From Octopus bimaculoides (Eukaryota), in contig NC_069003.1 in NCBI RefSeq assembly GCF_001194135.2, positions 20,058,049 through 20,122,048 of the forward strand: a stretch of 64,000 nt of DNA. Reading direction: 5' to 3'. Positions within the stretch are counted from its first letter, which is position 1. Each line of letters begins with the position of its first letter. The translations under genes and the position numbers were made by a program. The notes under the pieces were generated by a model. It did not search any database and had not been told where the DNA came from. It was given only the letters and a program-made list of their open reading frames with translations. Positions 51,601 to 63,180 of this stretch are shown piece by piece.

Positions 51601-54600
51601 CGATGTGACTGATGATGATGATGATGATAACATTTTGTATAAAGTGGTAAACTTTTTGGTTATGGGTTTCCCATAGGCCAATCTTTATTTTACTGCATTT
51701 CTTACATAATTAGGGCAGAATAAATACCACAAGGTATTTTTGAATCATAACAGTGGTTTATTAGCATTTGTCTTCTCGGTGAGTATATCAATGATCTATA
51801 CACACACAAAGGCAGTGACCTGCTGAATCATTAGCATGCTGGGCAAAATGCTTCTTGACATTTCATCCGTCTTTACGTTCTGAGTTCAAATTCCGCCAGG
51901 GTCAACTTCGCCTTTAATCCTTTTGGGATCGATAAATTAAATACCAGTGAAACACTGGGGTCGATGTAATTGACTACTCCCCCCATTCACATATACGTGT
52001 GTATGACTGTTGGGGTGATGAGGACTGTCTAGTTGTAGGATGACTGAGGACTTGTGTGGCGACTTTGTTTAACCCTTTAGCATTCAGAATACTCTGTCAA
52101 ATGTAATGTTTATTTATTCTCATTGAATAATGGCATGATCGTTTATTTTCAGAATAATATTGTAGGGAAAGTGTGAGAGGCCGGATCTGACCAGTTTGAG
52201 GATAAAACAATGCTGAATATTTTGACCAGATATGACTGGTTTAAATGCTAAAGGGTTAAAGTGAAAAAGAGTTGTGCACCATCATTCTCTCATCCACGAC
52301 CACCTTAACCCTTTAGCATCCAGATTACTCTGTCAAATAGAATGCTGCTTTTTATTTATATTATTTTGAATTAATCATGCAGTGTTTTATAGCTTCAAGA
52401 TTTCAGTGATGTATAATTTTAGAATGACATTGTAGGGTAGGTGTGAGAGGTCAGATCTGGTTAGTTTGAACATAAAACAGATAGAATATTTGGGTCAGAT
52501 ATGGCCAGTTTAAATGCTAAAGGGTTAAATCTAGTGACAAGATCAAGTCGAGATGTTTGGGGATAAAGACAGATGGTCAAGATGTCTTGCTTGCTCCACA
52601 GTGCATTGCTGCAGCTGCCTTCCTCTCTGTTGGGCCATAAAAGTTTCTTCTGCAATGTCTGCCAGATTCATTCTTTACATGTGTAGATAGGTAATCCCTA
52701 ACTCACCTGTTGGCTACCCTCACCTGGTGTAGCCTTCCTGTTGAAATGGCTTACCAGGATGTGACTGTCATTGAATGCAAACAGCTACTTGGAGCCACAG
52801 ATGAGAGTTGGGAGTGAGGTGGAGACTAAAAAGGACAAACCACCTCTAAAAGTGTGACAGATTCCCCCACTGTCAAAGGTACTACCCCTCCCTGACAGCC
52901 TCTACACACATATATACTTAAATGATGAAATTATGCACAATTTTTGTCGGCAAAATTTTATTTTACTCACAAAGCCATTGGTCTGTCTTGTACTATATTG
53001 TCCTACTTGTCTTTTCTTTTTAAAGAAAATTGTAGTATATAATTTGAGAGAGATTTGACTGCTGTTTCATCTTGGTTGTGAGGTTACATAGAGGCTCCCT
53101 CGTTGATTCATTTTGTTAAGACTAACTTGATTATCATTTTTCCTGCAGATAGCATCTCTGAGATATCTCTATCAGTAGCTTATCCTTCTAAAAGCTTGTT
53201 AAAAGCTCTCAGAACTTCTGCCCATTTCTTACTCCACATCGTTTTGCTTTCATTCAATTTTACTGGATAATTCTTTTTTAATTTTATGTTTTTTGCTTTT
53301 CTTTTCTAACTTTTTTTTTTGCATTTTAGGAGCTCTATGGAAGGAGTTGGAAAAAAATTGCTCTTCTCATTCCTGAAAGAACAAGTTTACAAGTGAAGAA
53401 TTATGCACAGCACTATTTTAAGAATATGGTATGTTGTATTTAAAAAGTATCCTTAGCTGTGAGTCTTTATAAGGTGTGTAGCCATACAAGTGAGCCTGTA
53501 CAATATGTGTGTTTATGAGTTTGCATAAGGGAAGGTTTGTGGCTTAGTGGTAAGGGTGTTGCACTCACAATCACAAGATGGTAGTTTCAATTCCTGGACC
53601 AGGCGTTGCATTGTGTTATTGAACAGAACACTTCATTTCATATTGCTCAAGTCCATTCAGCTGTAAATGAGTAACCATGTGTTGGACCAGCATCCCATTT
53701 AAGGGGAATATTGTGATTTTGATCACTTATACACCATGGAAACCAAGTAACTGGCCCTGTGAGTCATAGGATTTGAGGCCCTAATATCCAGGGATTGTTC
53801 ATGATAAGCACGACAACCCAGCAAATGTGCTTTCATTAGGAAAAAGAGCTGGAAAGTGAAGAAAATGGGAATACAAGAGAAAGTAAAGGAATACAAATTG
53901 TTTATTGTTTGGTGATTAACCCTTTAGCATTCAGGTTACTCAGTCAAATGTAATCCTTATTTATTCACCTTATTTTGAATTAATCATGCATTATATTTTA
54001 CATTTGAGATTTTAATGATATGATTGCTTATTTTTAGAATGACATTGTAGGGTAGATGGGAGAAGCCAGATCTGGCTGGTCTGAACATAAAAGACACTCA
54101 TTCCTCTATCATGCTTTCATATCCTTCAGTATTGTACCCTGCTCAGTTAAGAGGGCTTTGTCTTGCAGGTACTTGGTGAGCTCAATAGTGCTGGTGCTAT
54201 ACAAAACAACACCCAGTACATTGTGTAAAAAGTGGTTGGTACTAGGAAGGGCATCCAGCCATAAAAACCATACCAAAGCAGACATTAAAGTTCTGTGTAG
54301 CCTTCTGGGCTTGTCAGTTCATGTTGAACTGTTCAACCCATAGCAGCATTGAAAAAGGGATGTTAAATGATGATGATATACAACAGGCTTCTTTCAGTTT
54401 CCTTCTATTAAATCCACTCACAAGGCTTTGGTTAACCCAAGGCTGTAGTAGAAGCTACTTGCCCAAAGTACCGTATCATGGAACTGAATCCAAAACTACA
54501 TATGGTTGGAACTAAGCTCCTTAACCACACAATCACCCCTATCCCTCTTTTCTCATCAGAATAAATTAGTAATTAGCCTTTCTTTAATATCTTAGAGGCT

Positions 54601-57600
54601 ACTTACTCTATTTTTGGTTTTTGGTAATGTTTTGCTATATTATTTTCTTGTTTCTTCTTTTTATTACAAATTTTAATCTAGTTGAAACAAAAACCTAATG
54701 TATCAGAGAAGCCGATAAGTTTGCTGCAGCATAATTCAATCAAAGACCCTCTGTCAACCACTCTAGCATCTGTGACCACAGCACAACCCACTGTTTATAC
54801 TGTTAATACAAAGAGGAAAAAGCCTCCTTCCCATCAAAATGGTATGGTGTCACCACCTTGTAGCGTTGTTGTCAACTCCATGGACTTGATATCTGTTAAC
54901 AGTGACAAGATGAACATCTCCATCACCAACCTTGATGTTCTGACTCCACTTGACCAAAACAAAGCCACATTGAATAGTGAATCTGAGGATGAAGACATTG
55001 ATGTTGACATTGAAAGTGTGGATAACTTGGAGAACAACCAAGTTTTGAACAATCGGTCAGCATCTCCAAACTCTGTCTATTTCGCACTTTTGAAGTCTGC
55101 CAACATCAAGAAACAGAGTTGTGCAAAAGTGAAAAAGAAACTGCCTCCGTCTAATCCAGTCTGCATTAATGTAGCCCAGACCTGTGTCAATGGGAATTCA
55201 TTGGTGAAACCTGATCCAGTAGTGCCATTGGCACAACACTGTCCTCAACCTGTTGATAATGATGCAGTTCCTGGTTCCGAAATTGACTGTGATACAGATA
55301 TGACAAAGGACCCACAAGACGAGGAACTGGCTCCACCACCTGTAGATGAAACAGAGGAAATGGATAATTTTGACAGCCTTTGTAAGTTTAATCTTGTTTC
55401 TATGGTTATTCTAATAAACTTATTATTTTTTTGTTTACTGAATGCATGCGGCATAGCTGTATGGTTAAGAACATTGTTTTGCAATAATGCGACCCCTCCT
55501 CACTTCCTGGTTCAATCTTACTGTGTGACATCTCGCCCAAGTGGTTTTATCTACAGCCCTAGTTCAACCCAGAAGAGATGGGAACTGGAAGTCTGTCTGC
55601 TGTCAATTAATGGACTTAATCTAGCATCTGATTCAACACCACACTTGGCCTGTTACCTGTTTAATAGGGACCACTCTGTTACAAGCATTTGGGCCACATT
55701 TTAATGCTGAAGGTATCAAGACCTTATTCTCCCACCAACCAGTCTTGGAAGTCTTGCAAAAAGGTCATGAGTATGGTTCTTATTCTTCTAAGATATGATG
55801 GCTGGTGGGTGTGTGGTTTAGAAGTTTGTTTTGGAAGTACATGATCTTGGGTTCAGTTCTGCTGTGTAGTATCTTCAGTAAATGTCTTCTACTGTAGCAT
55901 TGGGCTGACCAACATGCGTATGTGTTTGTGTGTGTGTGTACATATATATATATATTGGATATTTAATGAGTATTCTTTTCATTCAGCTGAAGAAAAATCA
56001 ATCCCTTGCATAGTACCAAGTGAAGAAATAGTCCTTGACTATGAACATATCAGTGAAGAAGAAAGAAAGGCTTTTCCAGAATTCTTTGATGGAAGACTTT
56101 CCAAAACACCACAACGATATTTGAAAATCAGGAATTACATGTTGGATTGCTGGTAAGTGTTTCTTGGGGTTTGAAAAAAAGGGGTGGGGAGTTTACTTAG
56201 TCTTCCTTTCTTTACTGTTATGTAATCAATTGGCATGCTAGAGATAGCAGCTAAATCTGGCTCAAATCATAGCCGACAGTCTTAAAATCAAGAAGGATAC
56301 ATAGAAAAGTTAGTCCTACATATAGATATAGTAGTTATATAGTTCCTTCCTGAGTCATATGGACTCATAGGGCTGGTTTAATGGATTCTCTGACATATAT
56401 ACTCCCTGGGACAGGACTCTGGTCCATCACAGTAGTCCTAGATATACTGCCTGAAATAAAGATTTGATGGTCATGATTGGAATGCCTTTGATTATAGGTT
56501 TGTTCATTCGGAGCCCATCTGGAGGTAGACAATAACATGAGAGTAAAGTCACCAGAGATGTTACATTTCTGGAACTCATTGTTTGGAGTAATTAGCATTA
56601 TTTTCGTCATTATCATCATCATCATCATTAATGTTTTATTGTTCACTTGGCTTGATGCATCTTTTCAAGTGTAGCATAATGCCAAATGGTTTCTGTCCTT
56701 GTCTCTGTGAGACCCAATGCTCAAAGCCCTGCATAATGCCAAATGGTTTCTGTCCTTGCCTCTGTGAGGTCCAACACTTGAAGGGTGCTTTTACGTGCCA
56801 CCGGCATAGGTGCCATTTGCGTAACACCATTATTTGCCATGACTGCGATTTTACTTGGCTTGATGGGTCTTTTTCTCAAGCACAGCATAATGTCAAAGGT
56901 CTTGGTCATTGCCTCTGTGAGGCTCAACATCCAAAAGGAGCTCAACCACTTTGCCTCTGTGAGGCTCAATGCTCAAAAGTTGCTTTTTATGTGCCATCTG
57001 TACGGGTGCCACGTGACACCAGCATCAGCCACAACTGTGATTTCACTTGGCTTGATGAGTCTTCTCAAGTACAGCATGTTGCCAAAAGTCTCAGTCACTA
57101 GTCACTGCCTCTGTGAGGCCCAAAGTTCAGAGATCATGTTTCACCACTACATCCCATGTTTTCCTGGGTTTACCTCTACCACAGGTTCCCTGCACAGTTA
57201 GGGATTGGCATTTCTTTACACAGCTTTCCTCACCCATATGCATCACATGACCATACCAGTGCATTCATTTCTCTTGCACACCACATCTGATGCCTCTTAT
57301 GCCCAACTTTTCTCCAGTAGTATAATAATTTGCTATCATTTTTGTTACAACAGGAAAGCCTGCAAACCTTCATTCTTAAATAAAACCTCAGTCCGTCCTG
57401 GTTTGAAAAACTGCGGAGATGTGAACTGCATCGGTAAAATCCATACTTATATTGAAAGCATTGGCGCCATAAATTTTGGATGTGGTAAGAATAACTTTAA
57501 ATTCCTAATCAAGAATTTATTCAATTTATTCATGGTCTTTTATTCTATTTGTTTATTTGTTTTATATTTGTCTTTTTGTGCTAGCATGAGTTAGTTGTGT

Positions 57601-60600
57601 ACATATTATTGAACCATTGTTTTAAAGCCAGTTGCCCTTTCTGTCATTAATTAACCTTCACCTAGTTTTTGAGTAAGGGATTTATTTTTATTCTCTACAT
57701 CTTTGGAAGTGTAGAGCTGGTGGAAGATTTGTTGACTGGGAATTATCAACATAGTTCACTGTTTCATGTTTATGTGTGTGTACGTGTGTGTTTCTTTCTC
57801 TCTCTTTATGTCTGTGTGTATTTCTCTATAAGTCTCTCTTTTTCTCTTTCTTTTATTTGTTTGTCTCTTTCTCTCTTTGTATGTATGTATGTATGGCTCT
57901 CTCACACTCTCTCTTTCTCTTCTGAACTCCCCTTTCTCTCCCTTTTTCCCTCTCTCATCTCTTCCCACTCTCCCATCTCCCTCCCTCTCTGCCCTTCTCT
58001 CCTTCCCTCTCTCTCCCTCTCTCTTCTTGTATATGTCTTTACCTTTCTGTTGTTCTCTATCTTTATTTTGCTTCCCAGAACAAGCATCTTACAATCAGCT
58101 ACCAAAATCTTCAACATCAACAACGAAGAAGACATGTGCAAATGAAGAGGTTCCGGACCAGCAGACTAGCAAGTTAGATGCTATGGTGAATATTTACTTC
58201 ATAATTTTTTTCTTTAACTCTTTCATTACCATACTTTCTTTGAAATACACTCTTTGTTTCAATTAATTTTGAAAATAATGAAGAATTTGTAGTAAAGATT
58301 GTTTGCCAACACAACATGGCAGTCCTGGTTTAGGACGAATGTTGCTGTAATTTAACCCCAGGAGACATCGTCCCCAGCTGGCTATACGACATGATCTGTG
58401 TCCTTATATTTTCGAACAAGGGAATCTAGCACTCCTACTCAGCTCAAAACAATATCTGTGTATCACGATTTCCAAGTTATTTCCTTCATCAGCACAGAAT
58501 AATTGTTTGGCTAGAGGTGGCGCTACCAAATTCCTGTTTGAAATGTATAGTTTTCAAAGTGACAACTAGTCACTGATCTATAAATTAGAAAATTACTATT
58601 TTTAAATCTCACAGCGTGAGATATTCAGCAACAGTACTTTGTAGTAAAGATTGTTTGCCAACATAACATGGCAGTCCTGGTTTAGGACGAATGTTGCTGT
58701 AATTTAGCCCCAGGAGACATTGTCTCCAGCTGGCTATATGACACGATCTGTGTCCTTATTTTTTTGAACAAGGGAATCCAGCACCCCCACTCAGCTCAAA
58801 ACGTTGTGAGATTTAAAAATAGTAATTTTCTAATGAAGAATTTATTCAAATAACTTTATCATTCTTAACCTGATGTTTGGAATATAAATGAACATGAAAT
58901 TTTGATGGAAGGTTTTAATTTAGATGACTTTAAAAAGGGAAGTTTGTATCATGGAACCAGGGGACAATTTCAGGTGAGTTGGTATCAAAGGGGTTCAAAG
59001 AGTGCTTAATATTAATCTTTATATCTTTTAGCTGTTTCCATCATTGAACTGTGGCCATGCTGAGGCACTGTCTTGAAGGGTTGAGTTAAACAAATTGACC
59101 CCAGTACTTACTTTTAACCCTTTAGCATTTAAACCAACCATATCTGGCCAAAATATTCTACCTGTTTTATGTTCAAACCAACCAGATCTGGCATCTCATG
59201 CCAACCCTAAAATGTCATTCTAAAAACAAATGGTTACCTCATCAAAATCTCAAAACTATAAGATAATGCATAATTAATTCAAAACTGTGAATGCTAAAGG
59301 ATTAAACCTGGTACTTATTCTGTCAGTCTCTGCTGAACTAAGTTACAGGGATGTAAACAAACCAATACCAGTTGTGAAGTGGTGGTGGTGGTGGACAAAC
59401 ACAAAAAGGCACACACACACATTCCCATACATCACTTTCTAGTATATTATGGTTGCATAACGAAATACAGTGTCCCTACACATCATTAATATTCACATAC
59501 ATATATGTACGACAGGCTTCTTTCAATTTCTGTCTAAATCCACTCACAAGGCTTTGGTAGACCCACAGCTATCATGAAAGATATATGCCTAAAATGCCAT
59601 GTAGTGGGACCTTACCTATGAAAATGAAGATATTGGAAGGGGTCTATTAGTAGCAGAAATAGTTACCAAACCCCTGAAATTCTAACCTTAGAAACAGAAC
59701 TTGCTGCTCTAAGACAACACTTTTGTAACTGCTTCAGATTTTGCTTGTATATTTGTTTCAGAGACCCAGACGAAAGCGTGTAAAAGATGATGAGGGTTTC
59801 TGGGTTTGTGATACGATTTCTAAAGACAAAACAGCCGAGGTAAATCTTGATTTTTTAATCTTTTATTTTCTGCTATTTCTTTAGTAAATATATCGTCATT
59901 ATCGTCATTTAACATCCATTTTTCATGCTGGCATGGATTGGATGGTTTAACAGGATCCAATGAGCTGTAGGGCTGCATTGTGCTCCAATGTCAGCTTTGG
60001 CATGAATTCTTTAGCTGAATGCCCTTTCTTATGCCCACCACTTTACAGTGTGTACTGCATGCTTTATTAGGCCACTAGCTCTAGGAGGTTTACCAAGTAA
60101 TTTACATGAAAAGGAAAAAGGGAGAAAAGGAAAAGCCTTCCTTGACTAAGTGGGAAGTATTAGAGAAGGTGGAATGGTGGCTTTATGCCAGGGGTAAACA
60201 GTGGCGTCTTGCTATGGGGAAGATACATGACTACTCCACATTTATATAAGAGTGGGCGGGAGTTAAGGTATGCAAGTATTTCAAAATATCTCACAGAGTG
60301 ATGACCGTTCCCTGCATAGTTACAGGCTGCTCTTTGGTAAGGCATGGCACCCGTTCAGCCACCCTGCCAGGGATATGGTGAAATGATGGGACTGCAGCAT
60401 GGCAGATTGTGAAGAGGTAGTGGAAGAGCTCAACTGAGCCAATGATGCTTCTTATATTGATGCTGAGCGGAAGAACCCTAGAAGATCAATGGTCAAGGTT
60501 AGGGCAGCAAGCTGGCAGAAACGTTAGCACACTGGGCGAAATGCTTAGCGGTATTTCGTCTGTCGCTACGTTCTGAGTTCAAATTCCGCCGAGGTCGACT

Positions 60601-62658
60601 TTGCCTTTCATCCTTTCGGGGTCGATAAATTAAGTACCAGTTATGCACTGGGGTTGATGTAATCGACTTAACCCCTTGTTTGCCTCCTCTATGTTTAGCC
60701 CCTTGTGGGCAGTAAAGAAATAAGAAGATCAATGGTCAAGATCAGCAAGCTCTATCAAGTGAGTAACTGCAATGCACCTATAGGGGTAACTATAGAGTAA
60801 CTGCAATGCATCTATAGGGGTAACTATAGAGTAACTGCAATGCATCCATGGTTGTGTAATCAGTTAATGAAAGATTCATTATGACTCAAGCTCTCAATTC
60901 AAATTCATAATAATGGAATTGAATGGTGACAGAGAGTCATGGGAATCCATGAAAGCAGTGAGCAAAAATAAGGTGTAAGTATCTGGGAAAAAGGTATTTA
61001 CTTACCTTTATTTATTTTAACCTTTTTCCTCTTTTTTTCTTTCCTTGTTCTTTCTCTCCTGTCTTGAAAGTTACTTGATAACCTCACTAGTGCTGGTGCC
61101 AGAGAAAAAGCAGTCAGTACACACTGTGGTGTGGTTGACACTAAGAAGAGCATCCTACCTCAGAAACTGTGCCAAAGTTTATATTGGCACTTGTTGCAGT
61201 CCTGCAGCTCATTGGATCCTTTTGAACAATCCAACCCATGTCAGTATGATAAAATGGAAAACAGATGTTAAATGATGATGGTGACGGTCTTTTATCTTTT
61301 ACCTTTTCCTTTTTTTAGTCATTAGACTATGGCCATGCTGGGGCACTGCTTTGAAGAATTTTAGCCGAACTTATTATTTTTGTAAAGCCTGGTACTTATT
61401 CTGTTGGTCTCTTTTGCTGAACCGCTAGGCTACAGGGATGTAAACACACCAACAGTGGTTGTCAAGCAGTGATAGGGGACAAACATAGACACACACACAC
61501 ACACACAGATATATGTATATATATAACATGCTTCTTTCAGTTTCCATCTTCTAAATCCACATCCACTCATAAGGCTTTGGTCAAACTGAAGCTATATTAG
61601 AAGACACATGCCCAAGGTACCATGCAGTGGGACTGAACTTGAAACTATGTAGTTGAGAAGCAAACTTCTTACCAAACAGCCCTTCCTGCATGTATGTATG
61701 ATGATGATGATGTTTTTTTTAAAGGTAGCAACAAAAATTGTATTTTGTGTGAAAATCAGTCAAAGCTAAATCACTGATAAAATTGGTAATCAGTATTAAA
61801 TAGGGTACAGGTAGGTGTAGCTGTGTAATTTGCTTCCCAACCACATGGTTTTGGTTTCAGTTTCATTGTGTGGCACCTTGGGCAAGTGTCTGCTACTAGA
61901 GCCCTGGGCCAATCAAAACCTTACAAGTGGATTTAATAAGCAAAAGCTGAAAAAAAGCCCATCAAATATATATATGTGTGTGTGTGTGTGTATGAGTGTA
62001 TTTTAAAAAGCTTTTGCAATGAATTCTTGATACTGTCACAATATTTGAAGAAAGATTTTCTTAAATTAAATTTTTTAAAATTATATAAAATAAATTTAAA
62101 AAAACAGAATGATATGACCCTTTGGAAAGGAAATTTTCATATTGTGTCAAGCAGTTTTGCTGTTTACAGTTTTACAAACGTGCAATATTATGGGGTAATT
62201 TATATTATTTTATGTTTATGTGTCCTTATCACATGTTGTAAATGGGTGTCACTATCATACAAACAGGGTCATTCGTTTCCAATGTCTGGGGAAACATGTC
62301 TGACCATGAAAAATACTACCTTGCTTGGAAACAGGCAAAGGTTGGCAAGAGGAAAAATATTCAGCCATAGGAAATCTGCATCGATAAATTCCACCTGACC
62401 CATGCAAGCATGGAAAAGTTGAAGTTAAAAGGACAATGATGATAATGACAATAAACATGCTCTTAACAACAACCATAGTAACCACAGCAATAACATGTCC
62501 ATCATCAATACCTGTCCATCATCAATCTAATTTGTTTTTAATGTTTTCTTTTGTAGAACAAGGAATGTAATAAAGCCTCCCAACCCAAAATGAGCCGAAC
62601 GAAACTTATTGAAGATCCATTCCGGTTAATTCCATGCCAGATGTTCCCAGAAGAAATG
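43558..62658 (+). CDS. MYSM1: Histone H2A deubiquitinase MYSM1, exons 1-11 (579 codons; SANT and SWIRM), continues beyond window
   Basis: [13 protein letters not shown]-terminus; WTLDS...[11 protein letters not shown]; [28 protein letters not shown]...[12 protein letters not shown]; [32 protein letters not shown]...[36 protein letters not shown]; DPFRLIPC; exon lengths sum to 1737 nt in frame. Confidence 0.96.
45646..46590 (+). mobile_element. Mariner (DD34D-type) transposase relic, 3'-truncated
   Basis: ta|tcaggtc start; [40 protein letters not shown]. Confidence 0.88.
47740..47836 (+). CDS. MYSM1: MYSM1 exon 2 (PNGIIAYD...NPPWMLEQ)
   Basis: ttttag| and |gtaggt, 97 nt, restores frame. Confidence 0.85.
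48660..49020 (-). mobile_element. Full-length tRNA-derived SINE (different family)
   Basis: Head ggaggcacaatgacccagtggctagggcagtggac...ggtttcgattccc (A and B boxes). Confidence 0.75.
49550..49960. mobile_element. Rearranged mariner fragments (N-terminus on minus, HTH region on plus)
   Basis: Minus [18 protein letters not shown]; plus [19 protein letters not shown]. Confidence 0.75.
50101..50171 (+). CDS. MYSM1: MYSM1 exon 3 ([23 protein letters not shown])
   Basis: ttctag| acceptor; followed by U12 donor GTATCCTTTT. Confidence 0.93.
50172..51040 (+). other. MYSM1: U12-type (GT-AG) intron of MYSM1
   Basis: 5' GTATCCTTTT; phase 2; next exon starts ATAT; joins EEQ|YY. Confidence 0.85.
50487..50693. 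mobile_element. Tc1/mariner-type MITE inside the U12 intron
   Basis: TIR caaggtgggctaaaagt versus revcomp aagggtgggccaaaagt; TA at right flank. Confidence 0.65.
51041..51173 (+). CDS. MYSM1: MYSM1 exon 4 (YYMNGK...[14 protein letters not shown]), start of SANT
   Basis: ttaag| and |gtgagt, 133 nt. Confidence 0.92.
52073..52255 (+). mobile_element. piggyBac-like MITE (CCCTTTAGCATT TIR family)
   Basis: TTAA|CCCTTTAGCATT...AATGCTAAAGGG|TTAA. Confidence 0.85.
52309..52524 (+). mobile_element. piggyBac-like MITE, same family (other copies ~20366-20577, ~22150-22355, ~53920-54090, 59118-59301)
   Basis: TTAA TSD both sides, matching TIRs. Confidence 0.85.
53330..53428 (+). CDS. MYSM1: MYSM1 exon 5 ([33 protein letters not shown]), SANT
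   Basis: ttttag| and |gtatgt, 99 nt. Confidence 0.96.
54682..55381 (+). CDS. MYSM1: MYSM1 exon 6 (700 nt, low-complexity linker)
   Basis: tctag| acceptor, open frame, |gtaagt at 55382, phase 1 matches exon 7. Confidence 0.9.
55987..56152 (+). CDS. MYSM1: MYSM1 exon 7 (SWIRM N-half)
   Basis: ttcag| and |gtaagt; [26 protein letters not shown]. Confidence 0.96.
57354..57484 (+). CDS. MYSM1: MYSM1 exon 8 (SWIRM C-half)
   Basis: acag| and |gtaaga; [40 protein letters not shown]. Confidence 0.97.
58079..58185 (+). CDS. MYSM1: MYSM1 exon 9
   Basis: cccag| and |gtgaat, 107 nt, EQASYNQLP...KLDAM. Confidence 0.88.
58289..58834 (-). mobile_element. Retrozyme/Penelope-pLTR-like partial tandem (352-nt monomer, ~1.5 copies) inside a MITE in MYSM1 intron 9
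   Basis: 162-nt direct repeats 58289-58450 and 58641-58802 (~11 mismatches); perfect 30-nt inverted repeat 58584-58613 / 58805-58834; 13-nt flanking duplication TAATGAAGAATTT at 58276-58288 and 58831-58843. Confidence 0.7.
58455..58498 (-). ncRNA. Minimal type I hammerhead ribozyme motif
   Basis: Minus strand TCTGTG-CTGATGA-AGGAAATAACTTG-GAAA-TCGTGA-TA|CACAGA: 6-bp stem I, intact core, near-palindromic stem III ATCGTGAT, AUA triplet. Confidence 0.7.
59762..59839 (+). CDS. MYSM1: MYSM1 exon 10 ([26 protein letters not shown])
   Basis: tttcag| and |gtaaat, 78 nt. Confidence 0.9.
60498..60722 (+). mobile_element. Young tRNA-derived SINE (Meta-domain-like core) with 18-bp TSD; family also at ~7783, 14921, 16948, 51810, 62700 (+) and ~6300, 21300, 27400 (-)
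   Basis: B-box GAGTTCAAAT; core gcctttcatcctttcggggtcgataaattaagtacc; AGAAGATCAATGGTCAAG at 60480-60497 and 60723-60740. Confidence 0.85.
60761..60846. repeat. 34-bp tandem repeat, 2.5 copies
   Basis: GAGTAACTGCAATGCA(C/T)CTATAGGGGTAACTATA starting at 60761, 60795 and 60829. Confidence 0.92.
62557..62658 (+). CDS. MYSM1: MYSM1 exon 11 (NKEC...[16 protein letters not shown])
   Basis: ttgtag| and |gtgagt, 102 nt; DPF.LIPC precedes the MPN domain in known MYSM1. Confidence 0.9.
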
Positions 62659-63180
62659 GTGAGTTTTGTTGATTTATGTTGCTATGTTACCCAGCTTGTG
62701 ATGTGGCAGAGTCATTAGAATGTTGGATAAAATGCTATATAGTACTTGTTTCAACTTTCTGTACTCTGAGTTCAAATTCCACTGAGGTCAACTTTGCCTC
62801 TCATCCTTTCGGGAGTAAATTGGTGGCATTATTTGAGCATTGGATGAGATGTCTTGCAGTATCTATGTTGGTGGAATGTCACTGAGACAAGTGGTGAAGT
62901 TTAAGTTTTTCAGGGCCATATTCACAAGTGATGGGAGGCATGAGGCTGAATTGGAAGCTAGAATTACTATTGTTGGCACAATAATGTACCAGCTCCGGTA
63001 GTCGATCTTCACAAGAGAAGAGGTTGGTGAAGAACCAAACTCACTAACTTTTTTTCAGTTTTTGCACCTATCATCACCTGTGGTTATGAATGTTTGGTAA
63101 CGCCCAAAAGAGAATGATTGCAAATTCAAGCAGTCAAAATGGAGCACATTTGAAGAATCTCTTAAGTAATATTACTCAAA

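Larger units (their letters stand above)
58218..58993 (+). mobile_element. Second TTAA-type MITE family (CCCTTTTG.TACC...GGTATCAAAAGGG), here split by the hammerhead element; copies ~16850-17290, 19857-20260, 37935-38160
   Basis: Shared body gaaatacactgctttgtttcaattaattttgaaaataatgaagaatttagtaaaataac. Confidence 0.75.

Noticed and set aside
55382-55704. Hydrophobic extension of the 340-aa ORF as a membrane-anchored MYSM1 isoform
   Set aside because: It is read-through past a consensus GTAAGT donor into SINE-derived intron; phase fits splicing to exon 7.
58288-58803. TRIM/LTR-retrotransposon reading of the 162-nt direct repeats (TG...CA-like ends)
   Set aside because: No 4-6-bp TSD at the repeat ends, no PBS or PPT; the 13-bp TSD, inverted tail and hammerhead fit a pLTR/retrozyme better.
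60761-60846. CRISPR-like or homing-site-like 34-bp repeats
   Set aside because: Head-to-tail with no spacers, eukaryotic intron; resemblance to rRNA GTAACTAT motifs is only a few bases.
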